A stretch of 64,000 bases of DNA, from assembly GCA_001599295.1 (NCBI GenBank), contig BCGN01000004.1, forward strand, positions 4,138-68,137, in the 5' to 3' direction. Shown one piece after another: positions 34,163-46,553 of the stretch. The stretch comes from Sporopachydermia quercuum (taxonomy: Eukaryota). The notes beneath the pieces were generated by a model. It made no database searches. It was not told the DNA's origin and worked only from the letters and a program-made list of their open reading frames with translations. The first letter of the stretch is position 1; each line of letters starts with the position of its first letter. Both the position numbers and the translations under genes were made by a program.

Positions 34163-35172
34163 ATGGTCAGAGTCTCAGATTCCAGCTATGCTGCGAGAAA
34201 AGTAACTGAATCTCAGGAAGGAGCAAAAAATGATCACATTCCAGTCAACAATGACGCTGAGGAAATGGATATGAAAATAGTAAAGAAACGAATCTCAGCT
34301 ACTCAAAGGAAGAAAACCTGGGAACGCTTGAGCAGGAATTCGCTGAAAAGCATAGAACTGCTGGTGGATTTGTCTATAAACACAGTGGTAACATCCAGAA
34401 AGTATTCTCCAACAGCAAGTGCGCGAGCGCGAAATTCAAGACACCTTCATGCCTTATTAGATGAGTAAGTATCGCAAGACGTCTGATGAGCAGAGCAGTC
34501 AGCATTTCTGAGATAAAGAAACAATCTATGTTTAACGTATCTAACAAAATAACAGGCTGAATCGAAAACTATCACAAGTCTCATTTCCAACTGGCTTCAA
34601 AGAAGATATGTTTGATTTAGAAGCTCAGATGTCTAAACAGGTAAGCATACATCCAAGCAATTAGATCCTGGTAGACTATAATATTTCCTCCAATACTAAT
34701 AGATACTAAACTAGAAACAATATGAAGAAATTCTTTCATTTGACCTGCGGCAGATAAAAGAGCTCAATCGATGTATCAAAGAAGAAAAAGAGTAAGTAGT
34801 ATTGAGTCCATTCCCCGTAACCGGTAAGTTGATAGTACTACAATTATCTAACATGGATATTATAGAGGTTTGGCAATAGATAAAGCACAACTTATACGAA
34901 TGAGAAAAGCTTTGAAAGAACTAAAACTACAGCAGAATAATAGCTCCATACCCTTAAGCACAGTACCGTTGTCTACTTCTGATAAAACAGCCATTGAAAG
35001 TATTAAAGTCAAAACACCTAATGTCTATGACCCTGAGAAGGATGAGGGTTTGAAACAAGTAATGAGCAAACTACAAGGAAGACTACAAGCAATTGACTCG
35101 AATACTGAGTCTTTACAAGAGCTGGTTTCAGTTTGCAAGGATGTGAATGGTCAGCTTTCAATGATCCTATGA
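34163..35172 (+). CDS. CENP-Q/Okp1/Fta7-like inner kinetochore protein; exons 34163-34464, 34556-34640, 34715-34791, 34866-35172 (256 aa)
   Basis: Three canonical introns (GTAAGT/GTAAGC; CTAAC/CTAAT; YAG). Exons sum to 771 nt in frame. LSQVSFPTGFKEDMFDLE followed by a coiled coil resembles fungal CENP-Q. The gene model is firmer than the family call. Confidence 0.72.
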
Positions 35173-36408
35173 TATGACAGCTTGAAGATGATGTAACTTG
35201 TTTTCAGACTTAATGGCATATGCTAATAGATACGAAACAATTTGAACTGAAGAAGGTCGAGTATTGATTATAAATTTATTCTTCGGTTTCAGAGTTTCTG
35301 AGAAAGCAGAGCATTTGATGCTTCTGCTTCACTACAATGGCAACTTTTGAGTGTAAAGCTCATAAAGAGGAAAGAAACAATATTCATTTCTTTAGAATCT
35401 GTATACAATCCTCTCATAGGAACTGATCCATATCTCTATCATACACACATATCACGTGGCACCTGACATCAGGACCAAATTCCAAACTCCGAATTCTAGG
35501 TTCTTTCTCCGCTTTCATTCCCACCTCCATTTCATATTATTTCTCCTATTCCTATAGTTATATCAATCTATAATATCATATGCATCTATTACTACCAGCA
35601 TGTATATTTCTGTGCGTGGTCTTTAAACGCTCCTTCAATTTCCGAAACAATCTTCTACTGTATCATTTTCGACTTTTTATACTCTCCAAACCTTAACTCC
35701 AATTTCTCTTTTCTGTCTCCCGTCTCCCATACCCTTTTACACCCATACCATACAAATCGCAATTGCAATTCCCAAAAACCCCAAACCACAAAACATCGTT
35801 TATAGTCACAATAGCATTCCCTACTGTTTATAGAATAAACAAAAGGAGAATCAACTGTTAGATAGCTGCTATATAGACTTTGAACGTATCTATACACACT
35901 TTTTATTACTTGAAGTAGTAAAAAAAGGCATAATTGCTCAATTGTGACGTGTAACGTGTAACGTAGCTTAGATACCTAACTGATTGGACTCTGGAACATT
36001 GTTCTCATTCGCGTGCATTTTAGACAGTAGACTGTGACCAAGAAGGAAGAACATTATTTCAACATTTGGTCTATATTGGAACAGCTTGTCAGGTATATTC
36101 GTTGAAACTGAATATATCAAGTATATTGGTGCCAGATTTATTGGACCTATACTGTATAGTGCATTGGTTATCTCCGCAAGGTGTTCTCGGCTTATCGACT
36201 AGAGCTAGGAAGTGTGTATTTTGGCGAATATTTAGTTTCTGCTTACATAGTATCTACGTGATATATGAAACAACTTCTACTGGAACAAAGAGAAAAAGAA
36301 GAGCAGTGAAAAATAAGACAACAACAACAAACGAATCATTAGTATTAAACTCAAGAGAAAAGGTCATCCGTTGGTATATTTAGTAGTAGAACTAGTAGAA
36401 TATTAACA

Positions 36409-38862
36409 ATGGCTACTGTTAATAAAGGAAACAAATCCCTAGGCAATGGAGCACCTTTGAACAATAAAAAGCAATTTTATGAAACGAGGAAACCAGGATC
36501 AAAACCATGGGGAAACAGTTCCGGTTCTGGTTCAACAGATAGAAATAGTCCATCTGGAACCAATAGTAGTGGAGGTGACAATACTAAGAAACCCAATACT
36601 AATTATAGTCCAAGTGGATCCCCTACCCCTGATACCTCCAAGTACATGCATAAGAAAGTTAACTATCTGTTTGCTAAAGCCATTGGATCTAAAGTAATTG
36701 CTACATTGTCTTCTGGCGCTAGATACTCTGGTGTTTTGTCTTCAGCTCGTACTGATAACGATATTGGTGTCGTTCTTCGGTATGCTCAAATGCATACTAC
36801 AGCCCCGGGAGAAGAAGACGCTATGAATAAAGACGTGATAGCTACATTGGTAATTTCACCGAAAGATCTAGTAGGAGTTGAATTTGTTGCTGTTGATTTG
36901 ACACCAGACGTCAAACCCAGAACAGGATTCAAGACTGATACTGATATATCTAATGCTGGCAAACCAGTATCAGAACGGGAACTACAACCATGGAAACCAG
37001 AGAATGATAGTGACATCAGTGATTCATTGTCTTCTAGCTTGAACGGTTTGTCTTTGGAAGAAACTGGTGACGGATCATGGGATCAGTTTGCCGTGAATGA
37101 AAAAAAGTTTGGGGTTAAGTCTGAGTTTAATGAAGAACTATATACTACAAAGATCTCTACTGACTCGCCCGATTTCCAAGAACGATCAAGGAAGGCGGAA
37201 AAGCTAGCAAATGAGATTATCAATCAAAGCTACGATGGCAATATGCATTTGGCTGAAGAAAGGGGAATCGCTGTAGATGATAGTGGATATGATGAAGAAG
37301 ATAAGTATTCTGGTGTTGATAGAACTACATCAGGACTAGCAGTACAGAATACAACAGCCAGCCAAAAGAAAGGACACGAAATTCTCCATGCTATTAAAAA
37401 CAAATTGTCCATCTCGTCACCTACTCCTCCTAACGCGTTGAAAGAAGTAAGTGGCAAATATGTCCCACCGGCTTTCAGAGCAGCAGCAGCAACAGCTGAA
37501 GCTAAAAGCAAAGTCAGTACTGTTAGTAAAGAAAGTGACTTGGGTGTTGATCCTGCAGTCATCTCTGCTACCTCTGGTACAAGAATTAATACGAATTCCT
37601 CTAAAGAAAACCAACAACCCATTACCCCCATTCCAGCATCATCCATAGCAAAATCTACCCCGAGTCAACAACAACCACAACAAGCTCCAGTATCCAAATC
37701 TACAGAGAAACTAGTACAGCCCACAAAGAAAGTATCACAACCCAAGAAAGATGAATCTGAACCTTCGGTTAGTGAATGGGATACTAAAAGAGAGATTAAT
37801 TCTCTCAAGGAATTTTCTGCTAACTTCAAAATACCTTCATCAATCAAAAACAAGAGTTCCAGTACGGAAAATAAAACGTTGGGCGATAAGCTAACCGAAA
37901 TCGAAGCCAAAAATCTTAGTAATGGTCCTATCAGGGTTCCATCACCAATTGCACCGAGTGCTGCTGCAGCAGTAACAGATAATAAAGCCAAACCCGAAAT
38001 AGAAACAAAGAAAAGGCCCGCTGAACCAGAAAAAAAGAAAGAAGGTGGATTGAAATTTAATCCTGCTGCTGCTTCATTTGTTCCCAGTTTCACTGCTATG
38101 TCGGCAGGATCACCGTCCCAATACATCACACATATCAACACGCATAACCATTACAATCATCAATATAACAACGAATATAACAATAGGCGGATGTCAAACA
38201 CTTCCCATTCTTCCCCTCAAATGCATAAAAACAGAGTAAGTTCTGCTACTGCGTTTTTCGGATCCAAGAAACCCGTTAGTGCTAATAATAGAAAATCGCT
38301 GAAAACATCGTTTAATCCATTCATGCATGCCCAATCGCGAGCAGAAGATGGTAAGCTACCTGTTATTGAGAGAGCTTTTACTGTTCCACCAGCTTGGAAT
38401 AGCACCATAGAAGAATCCTATCAAACATTATTTCCTGTTCCTAGTAACTCACCAAGGTCTCCTTATGTTATGAAAGCACCTTACTATTCACCATCGACTG
38501 GAATGACAATGATGTCTCCTATGCCTATGGGAGGAATGCATGTGAACCCAGGACAAGTAATGGTACCGCTAATGAATCAATCGATGATGTATAATGAACA
38601 AATCATTCCAAATCAGGTTGGATTTAATCCTCCAACTCAATCACCTTTTGTACCAGGAATGATTCCGGGAGCCAATTATCAGCCAATGATGCAACCAGTT
38701 CAAGGATATACTTATCCAGTCGGATACTCTGTGAGACCTGTATATAATTCAGCAATGATGAACTCACAGTATTCACATGTTAACCAAGGAACAAACAACC
38801 GGGGCGTCAATCAAGGAAGTAATAACAACTATCAAGGGAACGGACCCAGACGTAATTATTGA
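36409..38862 (+). CDS. PBP1: Ataxin-2 homolog, Pab1-binding protein
   Basis: LSm domain, FKTDTDIS, LsmAD (WDQFAVNEKKFGVKSEFNEELYTTKI; H.AEERG; DEEDKYSGV), PAM2-like LKFNPAAASFVP, and an M/P/Q-rich tail. Confidence 0.93.
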   Translation: MATVNKGNKSLGNGAPLNNKKQFYETRKPGSKPWGNSSGSGSTDRNSPSGTNSSGGDNTKKPNTNYSPSGSPTPDTSKYMHKKVNYLFAKAIGSKVIATLSSGARYSGVLSSARTDNDIGVVLRYAQMHTTAPGEEDAMNKDVIATLVISPKDLVGVEFVAVDLTPDVKPRTGFKTDTDISNAGKPVSERELQPWKPENDSDISDSLSSSLNGLSLEETGDGSWDQFAVNEKKFGVKSEFNEELYTTKISTDSPDFQERSRKAEKLANEIINQSYDGNMHLAEERGIAVDDSGYDEEDKYSGVDRTTSGLAVQNTTASQKKGHEILHAIKNKLSISSPTPPNALKEVSGKYVPPAFRAAAATAEAKSKVSTVSKESDLGVDPAVISATSGTRINTNSSKENQQPITPIPASSIAKSTPSQQQPQQAPVSKSTEKLVQPTKKVSQPKKDESEPSVSEWDTKREINSLKEFSANFKIPSSIKNKSSSTENKTLGDKLTEIEAKNLSNGPIRVPSPIAPSAAAAVTDNKAKPEIETKKRPAEPEKKKEGGLKFNPAAASFVPSFTAMSAGSPSQYITHINTHNHYNHQYNNEYNNRRMSNTSHSSPQMHKNRVSSATAFFGSKKPVSANNRKSLKTSFNPFMHAQSRAEDGKLPVIERAFTVPPAWNSTIEESYQTLFPVPSNSPRSPYVMKAPYYSPSTGMTMMSPMPMGGMHVNPGQVMVPLMNQSMMYNEQIIPNQVGFNPPTQSPFVPGMIPGANYQPMMQPVQGYTYPVGYSVRPVYNSAMMNSQYSHVNQGTNNRGVNQGSNNNYQGNGPRRNY

Positions 38863-39414
38863 TTATGATCGCGCTTTGTCTCTTTTTTAGAGAAAAACAG
38901 GAATGGTGTGTAGCACAATGCTCAGTATATTGGCTATTAATGCATAAAAGTCTTTCTAATGCTTCGCTTGTAGATAATAGTTGAAGTACGGCCCATTACT
39001 CAGACTCACTCGCAGTATGCATCGTAAAAAGACCTTCGCGTGAGATAAACTATTGTCTCAAAACAGATAGCTTGAAACATAATAATCACGTGGCATATTC
39101 TTATAAATAAATGTTAATGTAATCTATATACCTGCAACGAGACTCAGTGTCTTCCTTAACATATAGTAAGACAAAAAAAGATCAAAAGACACAACAGATA
39201 TACAAGCAAATAAAACTAAGCAAAAGCTATAAATAGTTATTGATTGATTGCATATTCTAGCGTTGAATATTGTAACGCTCATATTTGACTGTAAATCTCC
39301 TTAATCTGGTACTACTTGGTACTACTTTACCTATCTCTTAAACCAGTTTCCACACATGCTTGTGATTGCTCCAAGCTTGATCCATCAACTGCTTCTGCCG
39401 ACTCTTACAGGGTG

Positions 39415-41043
39415 ATGAGTGGTCTATGGGTCAAAGGCCAAGTATGTGGCGTCGATAACTGTCAATCAGTGTTCTGGCGAACGATTGATGGTCAAACCGT
39501 TTGTAGAAATGGCCATGTGAAAGATGGCGATCTTCTTATTGAAGACGATGAAGATGACTATGTGCATACGAAGAAAATAGCTATTCCTCGATCATCACAA
39601 ACCATTGAAATTCCCAAAGCTCAACGTGTAGAATTGTATGGACCAGAAAGAAACATTTTTCTGCTGCAAAGTATGCAGAAAATCTTACTTAAACAGCTAG
39701 ATTGGCTGATAACGGTCAAGCAGGTTGATCCTAACGTTCATGGTGTAGCGAAGGCTTTATGGACAATTTCCTTAGCATATTATAATGCTGAAAACAAAGA
39801 CAGCGATTTATCCAGCATTTCCACTCGAGAGCTTCGTGTGAGGCTTGAAACATCCTCACTATTAAGGACAGTAACTATAAGCTATATATCGTGTTTACTG
39901 CTAAGAGCTCCAGTCAATCTACCAGAGATCATTGAAGCTATTGCTTCGTTGGAATTCCCCTTTCTAAGAGCTTTTGAACTATTAGATACAGATANGGAAT
40001 TTTGGTTCAAGCGTCCTATTTCTTTCAAAACAAGACTGACCCCAAGAGACATCCCAGTTGACAGAATATTCTATGATATTGAGGCTTTTGCTCTCCTCTT
40101 GTCCAAGCATTCAATCACAGTACCTCCAGTCGAATTGAACGTTTTGTCGTTCACCTCAGTATATGAACTAGTACTGCCAGTCGAATTATATTATATTATT
40201 CGTAATGTTATTGATTTATTATCCTTTAGTATAGTTTATCCTGCCTATAGTGGATTTGCTAAAGATATTATACAGGAATCTAAATTGGTAGGAATATATC
40301 TCTGCAGTTTTGATATTTGGTGGGCTGGTACGTACTGTGGAAGTTTCTTTCATCAAGAGAAAGAAAGTGGTGGAAATACTGAAAGTGAGCACGAAAATGA
40401 GAATGAAAGCAGTAATAATGATAGCAACAATAATAGTAATAGTAATAGTCAGAAAACTATGGGGGCACTCAATTATTTGTCCCACACCGAAGGATATGGT
40501 ATCAACTGGGAGATCTGGATGGAGATTCTATGTGACATTTATGACAATGGACAGCTATCGAATTTCAACACTTCTACAGCTAATGAAGTAGCAGGTTGGA
40601 GCACTATTAAAATGAATCGCTATCTTGATTGGTTTGAAGAAAAATTCTTAGGATTATCGTTTGATAGCTCGAGATTGAACGCTTCCGATGACAGAGTTGA
40701 AAGTTTCTATAGTCTTTATCATCCAAGTAGAAGGAAGCTGTATAAGATATTTGATTTCAAGGAAGATAAGAAGAAGTACGGAAAGCAGGATATGGATAGT
40801 TTACAAGAGGAATATGCTAAGAAGTATGATAAGAAGTATACGGTTTTTCAAAACGCATATGAAAAGATGAATAGTAATTTTGAAAAGACAGATAGCAGCA
40901 ATATAGAAGAAGTAACCGAGAAACTAATTTTGATAAGAAATGTGTTAATACATAGATTGGGCAAGAAATTTGCTATATCTCAAGAGCACATCGAACAAGG
41001 TTATCAATGGGCTATAATAGCTATCGGTAAGATACTTANTTGA
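39415..41043 (+). CDS. RRN7: RNA polymerase I core factor subunit Rrn7 (TAF1B)
   Basis: Zinc ribbon W.KGQVCGVDNC...DGQTVCRNGH directly after ATG 39415 (track start is TTG); LQSMQKILLKQLDWL. Confidence 0.85.
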   Translation: MSGLWVKGQVCGVDNCQSVFWRTIDGQTVCRNGHVKDGDLLIEDDEDDYVHTKKIAIPRSSQTIEIPKAQRVELYGPERNIFLLQSMQKILLKQLDWLITVKQVDPNVHGVAKALWTISLAYYNAENKDSDLSSISTRELRVRLETSSLLRTVTISYISCLLLRAPVNLPEIIEAIASLEFPFLRAFELLDTDXEFWFKRPISFKTRLTPRDIPVDRIFYDIEAFALLLSKHSITVPPVELNVLSFTSVYELVLPVELYYIIRNVIDLLSFSIVYPAYSGFAKDIIQESKLVGIYLCSFDIWWAGTYCGSFFHQEKESGGNTESEHENENESSNNDSNNNSNSNSQKTMGALNYLSHTEGYGINWEIWMEILCDIYDNGQLSNFNTSTANEVAGWSTIKMNRYLDWFEEKFLGLSFDSSRLNASDDRVESFYSLYHPSRRKLYKIFDFKEDKKKYGKQDMDSLQEEYAKKYDKKYTVFQNAYEKMNSNFEKTDSSNIEEVTEKLILIRNVLIHRLGKKFAISQEHIEQGYQWAIIAIGKILX

Positions 41044-44000
41044 TAATGGATGATGATTATGAATGACGATGGTAGCAATCATGATTATAAGAGTAAGCGA
41101 ATGGTAATAATGAATATAGTATCCGGGGTTTAGTCTTTGAGAGTTATATAGCGCGTGATTGATTAAATTTACAAGTCATCTAGTGTAACCTCCCAACTAG
41201 TTTCATTATCGTATTTTGTTGTATTGTGCTTATTGTAAAGATAACAATTGCAATTGCTTTCAAAGACTTATCATTCCAAGACGTATTATCTATAAAATTC
41301 ATCAATAGTCTGCTGCCAATCAATATATATTAAGTATGAGAGTTTTAGATCTAACACTAAATAACTGAAATAATGGTATATTAGTTCTGTCACTTATGCA
41401 GAATTATGCAAATGGCCGAAGGTGTCTCGATGTGTCTCATTTTAGCTATCAACCACTTTAGAAGCTACATCAGGGATGAGAAGATGGGAATCAGGATATT
41501 AATGACACTTAGCACTTTCTTGTTAACCACCCCTTGATAAACGAAATAGACACCTACAAATGAATAAATGAGAAGACACTATTTCAAAAGAAAACCTGGA
41601 GTAGCGTATTGATATACCGATAGAGTCTTTCAAGGAATTATCGTGGTAGCTATAATATAATTTACCCCAGTTGCTAAATAATACCTTAAATATGATTACT
41701 CAATTGCTTCCAGTTTTTGATCTGACTTTGAAAGCGCTGGTACCTGATTTGAGCTAATCTAAAGTAGTTCACTTGCAATCGCAGCAGTGAATTTAGTGAA
41801 GAGTATCTAAGATGGGAAAAGAAATGATCACAAGACAGATAACAGACATTGTTCGTGAGGAAGATATCAAACACCAGATGTGGACATTTACTAATTTGAG
41901 ATATGATAATCCTATTGAAGTGATAAGACTTCCTAGAAAAATATAGAATAGGAGTAATAGTGTCGGTTTAAATTCTTGCCTAGTGATCCTCATCGCCAAT
42001 CACTGCAAGGCAAAGGGGCTGAGAAATGTTGATTACGAGATAGCTGCATCTTTGAGATTACTAAAACTGTGCAGGCATCGAAGTTTAAGTTGCATTTTCT
42101 CGCTTGGAAGCTAAAATTGTAATTAGAGTTTAGGTTCAGGTTCATAACTATCTAAAAAAGGNTATGTTCTATTACATCATAATTCATGGAAGGGAAAAAC
42201 TTTTTAATTTTACCACTATGGCACCACCCATTGTTTCTCTTTTGATTGTAGGAATTTCATAATGTTTCCATTCTAGAAACTTAGGTTCAACATTTTTGAA
42301 AAGAAAACAACTGAGAAGATAAAGAATTTAGATCGGAAGAAATTCTTGGCCAGGATTATATTAACTCTTATCTAACTATTTATCTCAAAAATAGAAAGCT
42401 TTATCAATTGCTTCGAGAAAACTTTCACAGAGGATTCCTAGAATATAATGATTTGGTAAGAAGGTGGGCTGGGCCAAAAGCCTTGAGCGAGGAAAATGTG
42501 AATATGAGGGAGAAAATAGATAGTATCGGAATAAATGCTTATCAATTATGAGTATTTAGCCGATTGAATAAACAGCTCAAAGCATAGCATGATGAGCCAT
42601 TGTCAAATTCTTCCACTCTATAGTATCAATGAAGTGTAATGTAACAAGTTCTATTAACTATGAAATGTAATGCAAGAAGTTAAAACAATCTATTCCATAT
42701 ATTGCAGTGGCGATAATGAGTGTAGTTGAAATAAAACTATGTCTGAAGAATATCCTAATAGGCTTTCCTTTGATCAGGTAAGGGATATAGAAGAATAAAT
42801 AATCAAACAGTCGATCAACTTCCCATAGCTCACACTGTAATGAACCCTTCTCTATTCTTATTTGTGTTAGTATCCTCAAGCTTCACCTGTTTCTACCATT
42901 CACCAAATAGTGAAATATTCACAATACCCTAATGCATTATTGTTGTGGCTTTTACATCCGCTTGTCAAGTGTTCTTAACTATCGTGCCATTTGAACCCAT
43001 CCTAAAATTCGTCGATTTTCATTGCTGATGTTCACTTACACGGCACTGGAATTACTAGCGTTTTACAGTAAACAGTAAACTTATTTCTAAGTTCCTACTA
43101 TTGAAGAGACAACTGTAATTCAATTGCAACTCAATTTCAAAGGTAAAGCCTTCTGTTTCCCTTCTTGCTACATACTTACATAGTAAAAATTAGGAGTTAC
43201 AAACAATCAAAGGAAACAGTGAGGATGAACGGCACCAAATTTTCGTTTAGGTTCTAACTCTGTTAGATTCTCCCCATACTATGCTACAATCTAAGCAAAC
43301 TTTGATAAATAGGTAATCTTAATGATGACAAAAATTTCAATACGCAAATTTGTTACAATTTATTTATTCTTATCCAACGGTATAGAACAATTTTGCGCTA
43401 TTAATGAGCTATGGGAATGAACATATTTAATGTCAAGGGTTCTATGAACTGCAGGGATGGATGTCATTCGGAAAATCTCACTATAAAGTTCAAACTAAAT
43501 TCAGAAAACTTAAAAACCAATGTGTGGGGTGGGTAAGGCAGTGAGTAATCCCTAAATACCTATATGGAAATGTTTCTTAGTTGTTGAATAATTTGAAAAC
43601 ACCTGTACATAGTTAAGATAGTACAATATAACATAATCTATAATTCAAACTAAATAATATGGTGATTATAAAGTTAAAGTTTAGCTTTCTTTTAGTGAGT
43701 TGTCTTAGTAGTTTGGCTTTTAGATTTACAAGAAAATTAAAGTTGAAGCCATCTAATGCCTTGAACAACTAATCTTAAGTGATCATACAATTCAACTTCC
43801 TTCATCGAGCTTTTGAACCATTGTCTGACACAAGGGAAAAAGTATAAAATAATCCTCCTGTCACTGAATTTTTGTCTCTATTGACTTTCTTTTATTTCAA
43901 TACAGTCCTTATCTATAAGCATTAACTCTTCAAATCATATCTTTGGTAGTACTACTATTTTCAAGCCTATCAAGCTTTGAAAGTATTATCATTGAAGTAA

Positions 44001-44057
44001 ACTATACTATATCACCATCATAAATAGATTTGGACAACTAGAAGTACAATTTTCAAG

Positions 44058-45764
44058 ATGTCATTATCTTTCATAGAAGAAGATTCCAAGAAGGTGGATG
44101 TTGAAGCCTACACCACCGAGAAGGAGACATTTGTTCAAGAAACAGAAACAGAATCAAATGTCATTGATGAAGAACATGCTCTTAAGAGAGATCTAAAGGC
44201 AAGGCATATTACTATGATTGCTATTGGTGGTGCTTTAGGTACTGGTTTACTTATCGGTACCGGTTCTGCACTTGCTTTGGCCGGTCCTGCTTCTATTTTC
44301 ATCTCCTATACCTTTGTCGGATTGATTGTTTATATTGTAATGTGCGCTCTTGGTGAAATGGCTACTTTCATTCCTTTACCTGATGGATTTTCAGGTTATG
44401 CTTCTCGTTATGTCGACCCAGCTTTAGGATTTGCTACTGGTTATACTTATTGGTTTAAATATATTATTGTTACTCCTAATCAACTCACTGCTGCAGCTCT
44501 GGTAATTCAGTACTGGCTACCAAGAGAGAAGGTCAACCCGGGTGTATGGATTACTATTTTCTTGGCTGTTATTCTATTCATCAATTACTTTGGTGTGAAG
44601 TTTTTCGGTGAATTTGAATTCTGGTTATCTTCTTTCAAGATTATTACAGTTCTAGGTCTTATTATCTTATTGATCATTATTGCTGCAAATGGTGTTGGTC
44701 CTGGTAACAATGGTTTCACTTATTGGTCTAATCCAGGTGCCTTCGCTGAATATCATAAGGGTGATTTTCAAATTACCGGATCTGAGGGTAAATTTGTTGC
44801 TTGGGCTGCTGTATTAGTTACCTCAGTTTTTGCATATTTGGGTACCGAATTGGTTGGTGTCACGGCTGGTGAAGCTCAGAATCCTAGAAGAAGTATTCCT
44901 AAGGCTATTAGGCTCACTTTCTACAGAATTGTTATCTTTTACTGTCTATCTATCTTTTTATTGGGTCTTTGTGTTCCTTACAATGACCCTAACTTGGCAT
45001 TTGCTACCTCAGCATCTACTTCAGCTAACGCATCACCATTTGTCGTTGCTATTATCAATGCTAACATTAGCATTTTACCCCAAATTATCAATGCTTGTAT
45101 ATTAGTATTTGTTTTCTCTGCTGCTAACTCTGATCTATACATTGCCACAAGAACTCTTTATGGTCTCTCATTAAACGGTAAAGCACCAAGAATTTTCTCT
45201 AAGACTAANAAGAATGGTATTCCTATTTACGCTTTATTGTTTTCTGCATTATTCTGTTGTTTGGCTTATTTGAACTGCTCAAGTAGCTCTACAAAGGTTT
45301 TTGGTTATTTCGTTAATCTCGTCTCAGTCTTTGGTTTACTTACTTGGGTTTCAATTTTGGTTACTCATTTATTCTTCATGAAGGCTGCCCGTGCTCAAGG
45401 ATTCGAAAAGGATCTCGTTTACAAAGCTCCATTGAGACCCTTCAGTACATGGATTGCTCTTGGTTTCTGCATTTTGATTGTTCTGGTTAAAAACTTCACT
45501 GTTTTCCTAGGTGGTTTTAGTGTTGCAGAATTCATTACCGGTTACATTGGTATTCCAATGTATCTTATTTTCATTTTTGGATACAAATATTTCATGAAGA
45601 CCAAGAGAGTTAAGCCCCATGAAGCTGATATGTATACTTACAGAGAACAAATTGATCGTGAAGAAGAAATATACTTGGCTCAACAAGCTGCTGAAAAGGC
45701 TGCTAGAGGAAACAAGAAAAATATGAGATGGATCTATGAGCACTCTGTTGGATATTTGTTCTAA
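44058..45764 (+). CDS. DIP5: Dicarboxylic amino acid permease (YAT/APC family)
   Basis: LKARHITMIAIGGALGTGL, PNQLTAAALVIQYW...VNPGVWITIF, GEAQNPR, SAANSDLYIATRTLYGL. Confidence 0.9.
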   Translation: MSLSFIEEDSKKVDVEAYTTEKETFVQETETESNVIDEEHALKRDLKARHITMIAIGGALGTGLLIGTGSALALAGPASIFISYTFVGLIVYIVMCALGEMATFIPLPDGFSGYASRYVDPALGFATGYTYWFKYIIVTPNQLTAAALVIQYWLPREKVNPGVWITIFLAVILFINYFGVKFFGEFEFWLSSFKIITVLGLIILLIIIAANGVGPGNNGFTYWSNPGAFAEYHKGDFQITGSEGKFVAWAAVLVTSVFAYLGTELVGVTAGEAQNPRRSIPKAIRLTFYRIVIFYCLSIFLLGLCVPYNDPNLAFATSASTSANASPFVVAIINANISILPQIINACILVFVFSAANSDLYIATRTLYGLSLNGKAPRIFSKTXKNGIPIYALLFSALFCCLAYLNCSSSSTKVFGYFVNLVSVFGLLTWVSILVTHLFFMKAARAQGFEKDLVYKAPLRPFSTWIALGFCILIVLVKNFTVFLGGFSVAEFITGYIGIPMYLIFIFGYKYFMKTKRVKPHEADMYTYREQIDREEEIYLAQQAAEKAARGNKKNMRWIYEHSVGYLF

Positions 45765-46553
45765 CTTCTTTGCTCCTTTCTTTCTTTTTACTATTTGCAT
45801 GCATACTTTAGATTTTTGATATATCTGAATTTTTTCTTTTCGTTTTACTTTTTGATTTAATGAGTTTTTACATATGGGGTTGGTGTTATGATGGTGGAAA
45901 TGAACTACATTTCTCTATAAAATAATGGTAGACTAAAAAACGTAATATACTGTAAAAGGAGATTGTTCCATAAAATGAGACAATGGAGCATGAACAATGA
46001 GAGCAATTTGATAGAGACTAAAAAGAGATTAAGTAGTTGGACCAAAATGGAAGGTAGAAAATGGACTAAAATTAAATCTTAATTATTATGATTATGTGAA
46101 CATAAAGTTGAGAGAATTGAGAAGATTGAAAGAAAGTTTGGATAAATTTGTCAATCTACATAGAAGATGCATTAGAATGCTGGATATATCAAAGTTTAAT
46201 TCAATGAAATTTCAAGATTCACATGACTGAGATAGTTCCCCTGCTCCGAGAAATGTATGTGAATAAATGCAAGGTTGCCGATTCTCATACCGAGATATCG
46301 GATGTTGATTAAAGGGAGCAATATAGGAAACACGGAAATATCTCAAAANGGTAACTCGGGGTTTCTTATAGGCATCGTGAACCTATGACTGNCATCAGAT
46401 CGCTCAATGGCTGTCAGTAAGAGTGATTGTAGGAGCTATAGTGATTGTCTTGTTTCAATATAATTGATAATTACGATAAACTACAAACGGTATTCTAAAT
46501 GATCCTGAATATAAATAAATGGGTTTTTGAATAAATAGATAAGTTTAAAGTAA

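Noticed and set aside
41100..44000. 3-kb gap upstream of DIP5 with short ORFs (41686-41999, 42658-42879)
   Set aside because: Non-ATG or weak starts and no motifs; long promoters are normal for amino acid permeases.
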